A DNA stretch of 64,000 bases, from the NCBI GenBank assembly GCA_951406725.2, contig OX597822.1:71548001-71612000 (forward strand). The letters run 5' to 3'. The position numbers were made by a program, and so were the translations under genes. This document shows, in pieces, positions 12,573 to 24,402 of the stretch (within the stretch, counting starts at the first letter, position 1; each line of letters opens with the position of its first letter). The stretch is from Octopus vulgaris (Eukaryota). The notes beneath the pieces were generated by a model that worked only from the letters and a program-made list of their open reading frames with translations, was not told the DNA's origin and searched no databases.

Positions 12573-12980
12573 ACTCTTTTTACTCCTTTAATTGTTTCAG
12601 TCATTCGGCCGTGGCCATGCTGGAGCACCGCCTTTAGTTGAGGAAATCGACCTCAGGACTTATTCTTTGTAAGCCTGGTACTTATTATATTGGTCTCTTT
12701 TGCCGAACCGCTAAGTTTACGGGGACGTAAACACACCAGCATTGGTTATCAAGCGATGTTGGGGGGGGGACACAGACACACAAACACACACACATATATA
12801 TACATATACATATATACGACAGGCTTCTTTCAGTTTCCGTCTACCAAATCCACTTATAAGGCTTTGGTCGGCCCAAGGCTATAGTAGAAGACACTTGCCC
12901 AAGGTGCCACACAGTGGGACTGAACCTGGAACCATGTGGTTCATAAGCAAGCTACTTACCACACATTCACTCCTGTGCCT
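12573..12980 (-). mobile_element. Full-length family A SINE
   Basis: Reverse complement of the 7117-7512 family. Confidence 0.9.
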
Positions 12981-13057
12981 ATTGTGAATGACTTTTCTTT
13001 TAAACATGTTTCATTAAACACACAGCTATGTTTGAATGTTTATCTTTTCTACTTTAG

Positions 13058-13171
13058 AATTTTGGGATTTTCTTAGTTTTTTTACTGCTAGTTTGGAACA
13101 AAAAGTTCCTAAATTTACATCCAAAGTTTCCAGATCTTCCCAACCTCATTTTAAAAAAATTGAATGCATTG
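13058..13171 (+). CDS. Possible host exon (114 nt, phase 1-1), product unknown
   Basis: Polypyrimidine tract TTTATCTTTTCTACTTTAG, open frame FWDFLSFFTASLEQKVPKFTSKVSRSSQPHFKKIECI, weak donor G|GTGTCT. No recognised homology. Confidence 0.2.
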
Positions 13172-13557
13172 GTGTCTGTGTTGTTTTTTTTTATATCATT
13201 TAAATTTATGTAGATTTTAGCTCCAAAGATTTTTGACTTCATATTTGAGCAATCATGTTTTGATTTGTCTGTTGTGGTTGTTAGGTTTTTATTCCAGCAA
13301 CCACATGTTAACTTTTTGGTATGTGTTGTTTGCATGTTTATTTTGGCATTGTATTGAATCATAGGTATTGTTTCTATGATTAATTCTCTGGTGAATATTA
13401 TGGAGTACGTAATTATTATCCTCTTGTATTTTTCTAACTTTGTTTCATGGTGTGCGTAATAGCATTTTGTAGCTGGTCCTTATTGTAAATGCAGTTAGTA
13501 TTAAACTACAGACATGAAAACTTAACAGTAAAAAATTTGAATGCAACAAAACAAATT

Positions 13558-14208
13558 CTTTTCTACTCTAGGCAGAAGGCTTGACATTTTTGGGGAGGGG
13601 TCCAGTCGATTAGATTGACCCCAGTACTCAACAGGTACTCAATTTATCGACCCCGAAAGGATGAAATGCAAAGTCGACCCCGGCGGAATTTGAACTCAGA
13701 GCGTAACGACAGACGAAATATTGCTAAGCATTTGGTCCAGTGTGCTGACATTTCTGCCAACAGGCCATCTTACTATTGGAAAAATATTGTAGTCTGCTCT
13801 AGGCACAAGGCCTGAAATTTTGGGGGAGGGGGAGGCCAGTCGATTAGATTGACCCCAGTATGCAACTGGTTCTTAATTTATCAAACCTGAAAGGATGAAA
13901 GGCAAAGTTAACCCCGGTGGAATTTGAACTCAGAGCATAAAGACAGACGAAATACTGCTAAGCATTTCGCCTGGTGGGCTAACATTTCTGCCAGCTGGCC
14001 ACCTTAGTATTGGAAAAATATTCTTTTCTATTCTAGGCACAAGGCTTAAAATTTTGGGGGAGGAGTTCAGTCGATTAATTTATTGACCCTGAAAGAATGA
14101 AAGGCAAAGTCAACCTTGGCAGAATTTGAACTCAGAACATAAAGACAGACAAAATACTGCTAAGCATTTCACCCAGTGTGCTAGCGTTTCTGCCAACTTG
14201 CCACCTTA
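13558..14208 (-). mobile_element. Tandem trimer of family E SINEs
   Basis: Three ~190-230-bp units; outer TSD AACAAAACAAATT (13545-13557, 14212-14224). Confidence 0.88.
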
Positions 14209-14494
14209 TATAACAAAACAAATTGATACAGGATTGTTGACATGAAAGCCCAATAGTCAAAAAAACCTTTGACCAAAAAGTTTTTATGAATTCATCTTGT
14301 ATATAAGAAACATTTGATTCTTTAAATAAAACCACGAAGGTGTGGATATGTTGCATATTAATTCAGGAATTTTATTGTTCTGAACTAGCTTAAAAAAAAA
14401 AAAATTACAAAATGAAAAAAATCTATAATTACATCTCCTAATATAATAATGAGCATGGTGTTCTTATATATTTATATATATATTTTTTATTCTT

Positions 14495-14675
14495 GTATTC
14501 TTTTTTACTTGTTTCAGTCATTTGACTACGACCATGCTGGAGCTCCACCTTTAGTCGATCAAATTGACCCCCAGGTCTCTTCTGCTGAACTGCTAAGTTA
14601 TGGGGATGTAAACACACCACCATCGGTTGTCAAGTGATGCTGGTGGGGGGGACAAACACAGACACATAAACATAT

Positions 14676-14712
<37 letters not shown>

Positions 14713-14882
14713 CATATATACGATGGGCTTCTTTTAGTTTCCGTCTACCAGATCCACTCACAAGGCTATGGTTGGCCCGAGGCTTTAGTAGAAGACACTT
14801 ACCCAAGATGTCATGCAGTGGGAATGAATCCAGAACCATGTGCTTGGTAAGCAAGCTACCTACCACACAGCCACTCCTGCAC
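14495..14882 (-). mobile_element. Family A SINE
   Basis: Head ...ACCACACAGCCACTCCTGC; tail TTTTACTTGTTTCAGTCATTTGAC. Confidence 0.88.
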
Positions 14883-14889
14883 TTGCATA

Positions 14890-14943
<54 letters not shown>

Positions 14944-16380
14944 GATATATATATATATGGCCAAAATCACAGGGTATGAGTTGGACGGAGTAGAAAAAAG
15001 AGTAGTATAAGTGAAGGGAGAGGAGAGAAAGTAGTAATTCAGTGAAGGAGAAGTAGTGAGAGTAATAGCCCTGACTGAGAGAGAGTGAGAGAAAATAATA
15101 GCAATGGAGAAAGGAAGGGGTGAAAAAAATCAGCATTTCAACTCTGTGTGAGTATATGTGTGTGTATGTAAAAGGGAGGTATGAGAATGTTTGTATGTGT
15201 GAGTGGGGGGGGGGGCAATGGAAATGGGATGGTGAACATTCAACACTGAAAGGAAAAGTCAAATAACATTTCAACTCTGAGTATATGTGTGTATGTGTGT
15301 GCATGTACAAGGGAAGTATGTGATTGCTTGTTTTTGTGATTGTTATGTACCCTATTTTATACCATATTTATATATAAAATACTACAATTAGCCATAATTT
15401 TTGATGGCACGAGGTCAGCTAGTATTTAATGAATCACATGCACACACACACACACACACACACATGTATACTACACACTCTCACACAATCACATACACAC
15501 ACATACATGTACACATATTCATGTGTGCATATATGGATGAGAGAAATTAAATTTACAAATGAGAGAATGTATTTCTATTAATAGTAGGTGCAAGATTCTT
15601 TGTTCTGTGAAAGTAGTATCTGGTGTCTAACAATACCAATATATACATTATGCATGTGTATATGTGTGCAATTTTGACCTATGTACATTGGTAGATTAGT
15701 TCGATTTCAATGCTATTTCAATGTTTTTTTCTTCTTTTTTTTGACCATATTTCTTAAATAATACATTTAGACATCAAAGAAAACCTGCACAATACCTGCA
15801 AATATACCGAAGAATTTATTAATGTCCTGTACAGCAGCAAATTTTATGAGCAAATATATGGAGTAGCCATTGGTTCTTCGTTAGGTCCTATGTTTACAGC
15901 AATCTGTATGGCCACAATAGAAAACATTGTACTCAGACAAATACACAAGACACTCCATGTTTCTGCATAATATTTTCATCATAATAGACACACTAGAAGA
16001 AGCTGAGGAAATTAGAAAATACTAGAAAACAACTCCATACCAAAATTTAATATTCATAACAATACAAATAAAACTTCTTGCAATACAATGAATCCATTTC
16101 TAGGTATAAATATTCAGGCCAAAAATAACAGATAAATCATGTTGGTTTAGCCTAAATTTTTACCATAAGCATAAATGTGTATAACTACACGGATACAACA
16201 ATTGTCTGGAGAAATACAAACTGATTATGGTAAAGACCCTTCTCAGATTTTCTTCTACAAAGTGCTAGATAAAGAAAATTCACAAAATAATACAAACACT
16301 AATCAACAACTGGTATTCTAATAAACTAAATAAACTGATCCATAGAGCAATACAAACATATCTTTCAGTTTTGAATTTTG

Positions 16381-16688
16381 TTTACATTATTTACATTTGA
16401 TGGATATTTGTCCTCATCTTGTTTGTTGTTAACACAAAGTTTTGGCTGATATACCCTCCAGCCTTCATCAAGTGTCTTGGGGAAATTTTGAACCTGGGTT
16501 CTCGTTCCTAAGGTATTTTTCGATATTGTTATTGTTATTATTATTATTTATGTCACTGCCTGGAATCGAACTCGGAATCTTGGGGTTAGTAGCCTGCACT
16601 CTTAACCACTACACCATATGCCCGTGGTGTAGTAGTTAAGAGCACGTGCTACTAACCCCCAAATTCCGAGTTCGATTTCAAGCAGTGA

Positions 16689-16758
<70 letters not shown>

Positions 16759-16931
16759 ATCGAAAAATACCTTAGGAATGAGAACCCAGGTTCAAAATTT
16801 CTCCAAGACACCTAATGAAGGCTGGAGGGTATATCAGCCAAAACGTTGTGTTAACAACAAACAAGATGAAGACAAATATCCGTCTAATGTAATTAATGTA
16901 CATAATTCCTCATCTCTTAAATATAGAACTG
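16381..16931. mobile_element. Head-to-head palindromic family C element (tRNA head plus hammerhead-like tail on each arm)
   Basis: Left arm 16381-16623 (-) and right arm 16625-16931 (+) are reverse complements; flanking TTTTGAATT repeat (16369-16377, 16934-16942). Confidence 0.85.
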
Positions 16932-17187
16932 AATTTTGAATTCGTTTTGCAAGAACTTTGATCTGAGATCATGTGATGAAAAAATTAGAGGTTGCTTTGT
17001 CTATATTTCATTTTCTCTCTCTTAAAAGGTAAAAATGAATGCCCACTGAGAAAGTTACAATTTGATGCAGCAAAAAAGAAAGAGCAGAGAGACAAAGACA
17101 AACAGTTGATGAGTATGTTTATAGGTTTTAACAATTATGATTTCCCAAATATAACAATAGAAACACAAATATAATCAACAAATATGT

Positions 17188-17386
17188 TGGATGAAATGCT
17201 TAGTGGCATTTCATTTGTCTTCATGTTCTGAGTTCAAATTCTGCTGGGGTCAACTTTACCTTTCATCCTTTTGGGGTCGACTTTGCCTTTTAGCCTTTTG
17301 GGGGTCTACGAAATAAGTACCAATTGAGCTCTGTGGTCGATGTAATTGACTTGTCCTCTTCCTTATACCAGTAGTAGAAAGGATTA
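17188..17386 (+). mobile_element. Family E SINE, 5'-truncated
   Basis: GAAATGCTTAG...GAGTTCAAATTC...CCTTTCATCCTTTTGGGGTCGA. Confidence 0.75.
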
Positions 17387-18674
17387 TGCAACAAATACAT
17401 TAGGTACTACATTATTTAAAATATATGAACCCCACATAGGGTCTAGTTATGAATCAAATATATAAGTATAGAATGACAGAACCTGATAAAATGGACCACA
17501 AAATGCCTTACACTAATCCAGAAATTAACATAAATAATATACTAAAAGAACACTAAAATTAAATACCTATTTAACAATAATAAAGCATAGCATGTGAAAC
17601 TAGGAAGATATTACTAATGACCAATGGAATACATAAATTGGATTGCAAACTTTAAAGTTGTAAACTTCAAGACTTCAACTGTTAAATTTGTGAACCGTCA
17701 ACATTCTCCCACATGAAGTATAATTACAGTATACTAATCTACACAAAACAAAATTAGATAGAAAAAATTTAGTGAACAACACATGTGCATTCCACAGAAT
17801 TTTCCGCAAAAAACTGATGACTTATTAAGGAAACAATGCACATGACACGATATAATGTTAAATCAAAACCAGATAACTAGTCACAAAAAAATAAATAAAT
17901 AAATGCTTGACTAATGATGTATTAATCTGACTATCAAACATTTCACTCTTGATGATAATATCTACATTATTCACTCTTGATGATAATACTTCCATTAGTC
18001 CTTCCTTCTAAAAACAAGCAGCAACACACACCAACATCACTTCATCTTGAAGGGGAGGGTGTGAAGGTCTGGAAATGTTGATGATGGATTTAGGCAGTTT
18101 TCTGTTCCAAATAAACTGCGAGGCACTCATATGAAAATATGGAAAAACTTGATAAAAAAACAATAAAGCTAGAACACATTTGTGCTTTCAATTCAAGTTT
18201 TGTACGAATGCATGTGTGTGTGTATGTGTATATCTGTATGTGTGTGTGTGGACATGCGAGATATATCTGTGCATAACTACATGTGAATGATGACATATAA
18301 ACACATATATATATTTACTCCATTATATTTATATCTATCTATCTACCTATCTATCCATATATATATATATACACACACATACACACAGACACATATATAC
18401 ATAGAAAAATGTACATACATATATAGCTAGTCATGATTATGATAAGAGACACAAATGGGATTTCTCTATTTATATATTCCAGTCACGATAATATCGTTAC
18501 TGTTAATCTTGGAAAAATCTCCTTTGAGCAATCTTCATCGTTTGAAGAATCTCTGCTCTCTTAATCTACCTCTAACCCTGGAGTTGTTATCTTTATAGTA
18601 CACGGAGGTCGAGCTTTTACTTTCGTAGAAATCAAATAACATACCATAATTTGAGTGCTAAAACTCTTTGAAAA

Positions 18675-18716
18675 CAATAATAATAGCAATATTAGTAATA
18701 ATAAAGTGGGCAATAA

Positions 18717-18750
<34 letters not shown>

Positions 18751-18862
18751 GGTGGTGGTGGTGGTGATTGTGATGACAATGATGATGATGAAAATAATAA
18801 TAGCTATAGTAATAATAATAATAACGATAACAATAATAATGATAGTAAAAATAATAATCGAT
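18675..18862. repeat. (AAT)/(GAT)/(GGT) trinucleotide mosaic
   Basis: Directly visible. Confidence 0.9.
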
Positions 18863-19090
18863 GATTTTAACGACAAATTTCTTCAGAAGTGAAGTTGTAT
18901 TTCAACATAAAGAAATATAAACAAAACCCAAAAAAAAAAGAAAGCAAGAAATCTAGTCTTTAATAATAGCTGAGTTAATATAAGTAGTCTTAGTTTTATG
19001 TTACAATTTTCCATGTGTCTTTACATACTATACAGTAAAAGCACACATGTATAGATGCACACGTACATATATAACTCATGTCCATGTACA

Positions 19091-19121
<31 letters not shown>

Positions 19122-19205
19122 GTATATATGTATATATGTATGCATATATATATACCTATACCTATGTATATATATATATCTATATACTCACACACACATA
19201 TATAT

Positions 19206-19264
<59 letters not shown>

Positions 19265-19328
19265 TATATGTATATATATCTATATCTATATATATATACA
19301 TACATATATATATATACACCCATACACA

Positions 19329-19377
<49 letters not shown>

Positions 19378-19889
19378 CTTCCTCTTCACAATGCTTGATG
19401 AACCAACAGCCCGACACGAGATACTGATGAGGGCTGCGGAATCAAACTCAATTATACATCAAATGTACCAACAGCTGGGAAAACGGCACATACAGGAATG
19501 GTCATATGAAATACCCAGACTGAGGAAGTCAGAAAGACTATGGTAGTGCTCCAGCATGACCACAGCTGTATGGCTGAAACGAGTAAAAGAATAAAAGCGG
19601 TAAAAGATATATGTATATATATGTATGCATGTATGTAAATTATTCTGAAACAAGAATATTATAGACAGTGATTTCGAAGTTTTGGCCAAAACTTAAAAGC
19701 CACTATCAATAACATTCTTTTTATAAGAATAATAAAATTCTACTCTACAAAAGTATAGAGTAACCCATCAGATTAATGTAAAAATGTTTTTATTATAACT
19801 GAACATAAAAACAAACAATAATGTGCATAGTGGTGGGGGTCTGCACTTGGGCAGGTTCTGGACATGTGAACCTTCTCTGGCACTTTCTA

Positions 19890-20222
19890 TATGACCTGGG
19901 AGGACCCTTACCCATCCCTGCCACTGTCAAATAGATTACTGGAATGTAAAAAGCATCCAGTCCACACTGTAAAATGGTTGGGATTTGGAAGGACATCCAC
20001 CTGTAAAAAAAAAGCCATGTCAAAACTGACCTCACCTGTGCTGGTGCCATGCAAAATGCACTCGGTCCACTCTGCAGAGTGGTTGGAGTTATGAAGGGTA
20101 TCCAGTTGTAAAAACCATGCCAAAACTGATAGTGAAGCATGGTGCAGTCTGCATAGCCAGCTCCTGTCATACCATCCAGCCCATGCCAGCATTGAAAGCA
20201 GACGTTAAATGATGATAATGAT
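19890..20222 (+). mobile_element. Family B repeat with an internal duplication
   Basis: Two CCACACTG...TGGTTGG...ATCCA.CTGTAAAA..CCATG.CAAAACTGA units; ends GACGTTAAATGATGAT. Confidence 0.7.
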
Positions 20223-20265
20223 ACATACATATATCTATGTATACATTACATGTATATATATATAT

Positions 20266-20618
20266 ATAGGAGATGTACTCGCATAGCAAGTAATTTGATC
20301 TGAGATCGTGTGCTGAAACGAAAACAATTGCAGCGTGGAAGGTGTTTATAAGCCATTTAAGAAACACACAAAAGCCGTTCGATTCACTTCAACATATAAG
20401 TTTAATTTGTCAAAATATTTTCGTCGCTAAAATCCGCGACCTGTTCACTGACAAAATCCGTGCTGCATCATGGATGCAGCACGGAATTTTGTCAGTGAAC
20501 AGGTCGCGGATTTTAGCGACGAAAATATTTTGACAAATTAAACTTAAATGTTGAAGTGAATCGAACGGCTTTTGTGTGTTTCTTAAATGGCTTATAGACA
20601 CCTTCCACGCTGCAATTG

Positions 20619-20619
<1 letters not shown>
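20266..20619. mobile_element. Near-perfect palindromic non-coding element (Penelope-type, hammerhead-bearing) set in (TA)n
   Basis: Arms 20324-20469 and 20473-20619 differ at about 3 positions; 3-nt centre ATG; flanked by TA repeats. Confidence 0.88.
20488..20537 (+). ncRNA. Minimal type I hammerhead ribozyme motif, G3-C8 variant (mirror copy on - strand ~20406-20455)
   Basis: TTTGTCA-GTGAACA-G-GTCGC[GGATTTTA]GCGAC-GAA-AATATT-T-TGACAAA. Confidence 0.65.
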
Positions 20620-20711
<92 letters not shown>

Positions 20712-20954
20712 TTATGTATATATATATATATATATATATCAATTAATAAACACAATGTATGTTTTTATGTGCTACTATTAGTTTCATGTGCTGAGAACAT
20801 GCCAGACAGTATTTTTTAACATGTCTGATGTCCTAGCATAATCTTCAAGCACTGCCCACATTGCAGAATAAACTAAACATGGGATGATAGCATGAAAGAA
20901 AATAACAAGAAAAGGTGAGAAAGAAGTAGATAGAGAAGGTGGAAGGTAGAAAAA

Positions 20955-21460
20955 CTTGAACTCTCTCTGGATTGAACAACTGTATCATAAATTCGAAACT
21001 ATCTCTTCAACCTTATATTTTACAGTTTAAGGGGAAATAACTCTAATCCCCCACCCCTTTTGCTTCTTTATGTTTTCTTTTTCATTTTATGGTTTTTCAA
21101 CCTTCTTCCTTTCATATTTACTTCTATAAATTTTCCCCATCTAAAATATTCATACCTTGTCTCTGATGACGGAATACCCAGTGCATGGACATGCTAACCA
21201 ACCACTTGGGTTACCTGAGAAACGGTTGTAAGACTTCAAATTCACCTTACCCTAATTAAATTATTCTAAATGACTTGAGACACTCATTCTGCCTTGGTTT
21301 TGATTTTTCCTCTAATATTGATTGTCTTAATAACTGACAAGATGCCGGAGCAGATTTCCGCCCCAACATCTGAAACTCAGAGTTTTATTATGGTAACTGA
21401 ATAATTGTCACATATTATATTACAGATAAATTCCTCTATTTATATAATATTGAGGTCTCA
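20955..21460 (+). mobile_element. Penelope-like 3' end/pseudo-LTR fragment
   Basis: IEQLY..KF..SLN-like ORF end near 20970-21010, followed by a hammerhead motif at 21159. Confidence 0.55.
21159..21234 (+). ncRNA. Hammerhead ribozyme motif (canonical CUGAUGA core, long stem II)
   Basis: GTCT-CTGATGA-...ACCCAGTG...CACTTGGGT...-GAAA-CGGTTG-TA-AGAC. Confidence 0.6.
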
Positions 21461-21487
21461 TTCATTCTTTTGTTGTCATACCATTAC

Positions 21488-21527
<40 letters not shown>

Positions 21528-21882
21528 ATTCATTACCAATTGAAAGTCTTTTAATAAGGAAACTGGGTTGGTCATAGTAATTAGATGGAAGGTAAAAGAA
21601 TACTTTGCTTTCATTTGTGATTTGCAACATTCTTGATGCAAACTTATGAGTTGAAACATATTTTGTCATTAAGCCAATAACAGTTAAATTGTTAACCAAT
21701 TGAGAAATAAATAATAATTGATATTAATGAAAAAGTAGTTTAGAACAAGTGCATATGCACACACATATGCATATCAGATACATTACTGAGTTGATTGACA
21801 TTTGGTAAAATGAGTAATGGCTATCAAAAGCAGAATAGCATAGGTGTATAAGAATTGTGAAGTTATTAAGAAATACCTTATT

Positions 21883-22520
21883 CTTTTCTACTCTAGGAAC
21901 AAGGCCTGAAAATTTTGGAGAGGGGCCAGTCGATTAGATCGACCAAAGTACACAACTGGTACTTAATGATTGAAGGCAAAGTCGACCTCAGCGGAATTTG
22001 AACTTAGAATGTAAAGACAGATGAAATATTGCTGAGCATTTCAGCTGGCGCACTAACGACTCTACCAGCTCACCGCCTTTAAGAATATTTTCTACTTTAG
22101 GAACTGGGTCCGAAATTTTTGGGGAGGGGGCCAGTTGATTAGATCTACCTCAGTATGCAACAGGTACTTAATTTACCGACCCAAAAAAGATGGAAGGCAA
22201 AGTTGACCTCAGCAGAGTTTGAACTCAGAATGAAAAGACAGATGAAATACCGCTAAGCATTTTGCCTGGTGTGCTAACAGCTCTGCCAGCTTGCTGCCTT
22301 TAAGAATCTTTTCTACTCTAGGCACAAGGCCCGAAATTTTTTGGAAGGGGGTCAATCGATTAGATCGATCCCAGTATGCAACTGGTACTTAATTTATCGA
22401 CCCTAAAAGGATGAAAGGCAAAGTCGACCTTGGTGGAATTTGAACTCAGAGCATAAAGACAAATGAAATACAGCTAAGCATTTCGCTCGGTGTGCTAATG
22501 TTTCCATCAGCTTGATGCCT
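21883..22520 (-). mobile_element. Tandem trimer of family E SINEs
   Basis: Three units; outer TSD TTAAGAAATA(C/T)CTTATT (21866-21882, 22521-22537). Confidence 0.88.
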
Positions 22521-23369
22521 TTAAGAAATATCTTATTAAACAAAGAATATGGTCAGAACAGCATTGAAACTATCAACTTGATGCAGTTCTGAACATTTGC
22601 TCATCACGTATGTATCAACCCAATATTTGAACCATTTTAATTGACTGACTTAAGAGTCTTCTAGAGGCTTCTTCCAGTTAGAGACTATAATTGAGAATCC
22701 TGTATGAATTTTCTTCATGGTGTTTGCTCTTTAAGAATAGTTGCGAATGTAAAATCCAACAGGTATAATAATCTCATGAGAAATGGTGACCCCCCAAGTG
22801 TTATTAAATTTGAAAAATGCCACACACACATACAAACACACACATAGAGGCGTGTGTGTGCACACACACACACAAACACACACACACACACACACTACAA
22901 TGAATGTAATAGGAGGGTTTAATCCCACTGAATGTCACCAAGGGCAAATGTCTTCTATTATAGTCTTGAGTTATGAGCAATATTTGGTTGACAGAATTTA
23001 AGTAGGAGTCCATTTTGTGTGTGTGTGTGTGTTTATGTGATCGCGTGCATGCGTGTATATGTGTGAGCTTGTGTACAATGTATGGATGAATTAGTGTCTA
23101 AGTCTGTGTTGATGTGTTGTAATATAACACAGAACTGTTCATAAAAGAATGCTCTCGTATCAAAAAGGTAAATTAGCTAATCAGTAAATTAAAAGATAAA
23201 AATCAATATATTTGTTAAATTGAAGAGAAGAAAATATCAAAGTAGATATGACTGAAGCCAGAAAAAAAAAATTAAACTGTTGCATCAGTCATTCACCTCA
23301 AGTTCAGTCAACTAAAGCTTGGTGGTGATGCTGATTGTCCACCTTATTTTGTATATCCTCATCATCATT

Positions 23370-23422
<53 letters not shown>

Positions 23423-24365
23423 TATCATTATCTTTTAACATCTGCTGTCCATGCTGGTATGGGTCAGATGGATTAGCAGGATCTGATGATTCTGAAGACA
23501 GCATCCATTTTCCAATATCTACTTTGGCACCAGCCACCGACACTCTCTGATTTCATGCCTCACTCACTTCTACACATTTCATGCCTTGACAATCTACCTT
23601 GACAACTCATCACTACTATTTTGTCTCTTTCCAGCTCTAGCCTGGTTAATCTTACCCACACTTCTCTAATTTAAGTAGCCATGTAGCTCCTATGCAGCAC
23701 AAAACCTGTTCATTTCTGGCTCCTTCTTTCATACTTTAATCTTTCATCTCCCAGCATAAAGCTGTTTCTATCTCTATTGTTGACCCATTCAGTCAAAATA
23801 GGTCTTAGTCTTGCTAGCTACATAGCAACATCACTGGTGCTTGTGGCAAAAGATAAAAGCAAAGATGCCAGCTCTACTCTCTGTAAAATGGTTGGCAATA
23901 AAAATGGCATCTAGCCATAGAAACCATGCCAAAGTAGACATTGGAGAATTATCAGATCCTGTTAATCCCTTTGACTCATGCCAGCATGGATGGCAGATGT
24001 TAAAAGATGATGATGATGACATAATATTTAGTCTCTAAATATTTTAACTGATCCCTTAAACAAATCAAGTTTTCTTAAGGAAGTCTCATATATTATGTAT
24101 AGTCCAATGCTGGTGATTTTGTTTTACAATTCCTCCTCCTCCTCATCATCATCATCGTTTAACGTCCGTTTTCCATGCTGGCATGGGTTGGACGGTTCAA
24201 CCAGGTCTGGGAAGCCAGGAGGTTGCACCAGGCTCCAGTCTGATCTGGCAGTGTTTCTACAGCTGGATGCTCTTCCTAACGACAACCACTCCATTCATTC
24301 ATTTTACTTTTCTCTCACCTTCCACCTTTAACTTATAATATTGCCAAACTGTGTAAGGATATGTT

Positions 24366-24402
24366 TTGCTGAAGAGGTTTGTTAAGGCTGAAACACGACC
24401 AA
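24366..24402 (+). ncRNA. Degenerate minimal hammerhead motif
   Basis: TTG-CTGAAGA-GGTTT[GTTA]AGGCT-GAAACACGAC-CAA. Confidence 0.4.

Larger units (their letters stand above)
15760..17990 (+). mobile_element. Decayed Penelope-like retroelement (RT remnant) with nested insertions
   Basis: From ~15852 reads QIYGVAIGSSLGPMFTAICMATIEN, matching the PLE RT motif QxxGxAMGSPLGPxxAxIFM; A-rich sense strand; many stops. Boundaries approximate. Confidence 0.7.

Noticed and set aside
16550-16692. Pair of real tRNA-Ser genes
   Set aside because: Acceptor stem does not pair, there is no long variable arm, and the sequence is fused to a repeat tail; treated as SINE heads.
17814-17845. CTGATGA-CTTATTAAG-GAAAC hammerhead-like match
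   Set aside because: No stem I pairing and U16.1 missing; probably chance within decayed coding sequence.
19424-19490. CTGATGAG motif and short [15 protein letters not shown]...
   Set aside because: No properly placed stem II/GAAA, no splice signals and no recognisable homology.
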